This document shows positions 63,031 to 64,000 of a stretch of DNA of 64,000 nt, piece after piece. The notes beneath the pieces are model-generated. The model was not told where the DNA came from and did not search any database. It saw nothing but the letters and a program-made list of their open reading frames with translations. How positions within the stretch are numbered: the stretch's first letter is position 1; each line of letters starts with the position of its first letter. Origin of the DNA: Octopus bimaculoides (Eukaryota); the NCBI RefSeq assembly GCF_001194135.2, contig NC_068987.1:61960598-62024597 (forward strand), written 5' to 3'. The position numbers and the translations under genes are program-made.

Positions 63031-63035
<5 letters not shown>
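62930..63035. repeat. Short tandem repeat (unit about actattcagtagttttatttttataacgt) inside an (ATT)n tract
   Basis: Two full and two shortened units read directly. Confidence 0.75.
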
Positions 63036-63065
<30 letters not shown>

Positions 63066-63109
63066 ATAATAATACATTACAAAGAGTGCAATGTGATTGT
63101 TAAAGATAT

Positions 63110-63804
63110 TTTATTGGTTGAATGATATCACATCATATAATTCAGTCAAATCTGAAATCTCAACTTTTGAAGATAAAACAGGTTTGTACTGATATCGGGG
63201 ATGACTGGAAACATAAAAATACTTTTGTACACCATTTTGTCAAACACAGTTATGGTGAATCATAATTAAAGGAAATTGCAAATGACATAACTAAGATTAG
63301 CAAAGGAAGTCAACCTTTCATGCATAATTTTAGCAAACAAGGTACAATATGTGACAAAGTACAATATGTTAACCTTTAGTGGTTAACTGGCACTGAAATT
63401 TTGCTGGCATTTCAAGTGTTACATGAAAGTTACTAGCATGTTGTGGAAAAATATCTTTGTTTCAAACAAATTTTTTCTCAGCCATCTATTGTAGCCTTTA
63501 GATGGAATTAAAATATAAGACAGCTATTAACTTCTACTTCTGACTCCAAGAAAACTAACACTAGAGTTTCTGCATGCTGTACTTTGAAAAACAGCTGCAA
63601 AAGAGGTAAGCCCTATTCATTCTGCAACATGAGTCAAGTCAATTCCATCAGGGGTCATAACAGAAATGTTATGATTTACATGGAAGGTGGGACATGTAGA
63701 GATTCCCATTTGGTGTATGCAGCAGAATGCACCAAACACAACTTTATTTATGTTGGTTGTACAACAGAACAATTAAACAAAAGATTCAATGGGCAAAGAT
63801 ATGA
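63110..63804 (+). mobile_element. Degenerate Penelope-like element: RT thumb, linker and GIY-YIG endonuclease
   Basis: LKQVCTD...HFVKHSY; PSIVAFRWN*NIRQLL (PLE P.VA.RR..NL.D.L); CKRGK..FC...GGTCRDSHLVYAAECTKHNFIYVGCTTEQLNKRFNGQRYD, cut by the RTE tail at 63805. Confidence 0.85.
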
Positions 63805-64000
63805 TCATCATCATCATCATCGTTTAACGTCCGCTTTCCATGCTAGCATGGGTTGGACGATTTGACTGAGGATCGGTGAAACCGGATGGCAACACCAGGC
63901 TCCAGTCTGATTTGGCAGAGTTTCTACAGCTGGATGCCCTTCCTAACGCCAACCACTCAGAGAGTGTAGTGGGTGCTTTTACGTGTCACCCGCACGAAAA
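63805..64000 (-). mobile_element. Young RTE 3' end running off the window edge
   Basis: (cat)ncgtttaacgtccgctttccatgctagcatggg..., almost identical to 57430-57612. Confidence 0.88.

Overview
This is AT-rich eukaryotic genomic DNA with five short N-gaps. The repeat content (tRNA-derived SINEs, RTE 3' ends with (GAT)n tails, dense microsatellites) points to a cephalopod, probably Octopus, which is an inference. One plus-strand gene spans the window. I traced 20 coding exons (3309-58827; 2868 nt, 956 codons, all phases compatible, all GT-AG) encoding the C-terminal half of a full-size ABCA transporter of the ABCA1/4/7 type: end of regulatory domain 1, TMD2/ECD2, NBD2 and regulatory domain 2. The 5' half and terminal exon are not in the window. 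Nearly all ORFs in the supplied track are microsatellite or repeat artefacts. The introns hold an antisense, intronless, single-frameshift EFCAB10-like copy (32365-32756). They also hold fragments of at least four retrotransposon groups: RTE (one with a PHD-like finger inside the RT), R4/Dong-like REL, HERO-like REL and Penelope GIY-YIG. Mariner remnants, MITEs, long palindromes and nested SINE stacks with target-site duplications are also present. I see no CRISPR array, rRNA or real tRNA gene, and no clear new multi-gene system. The best leads are the EFCAB10 copy, the PHD-containing RTE and a circularly permuted ~550-bp repeat. All family assignments come from hand translation and recalled motifs, with no database search.
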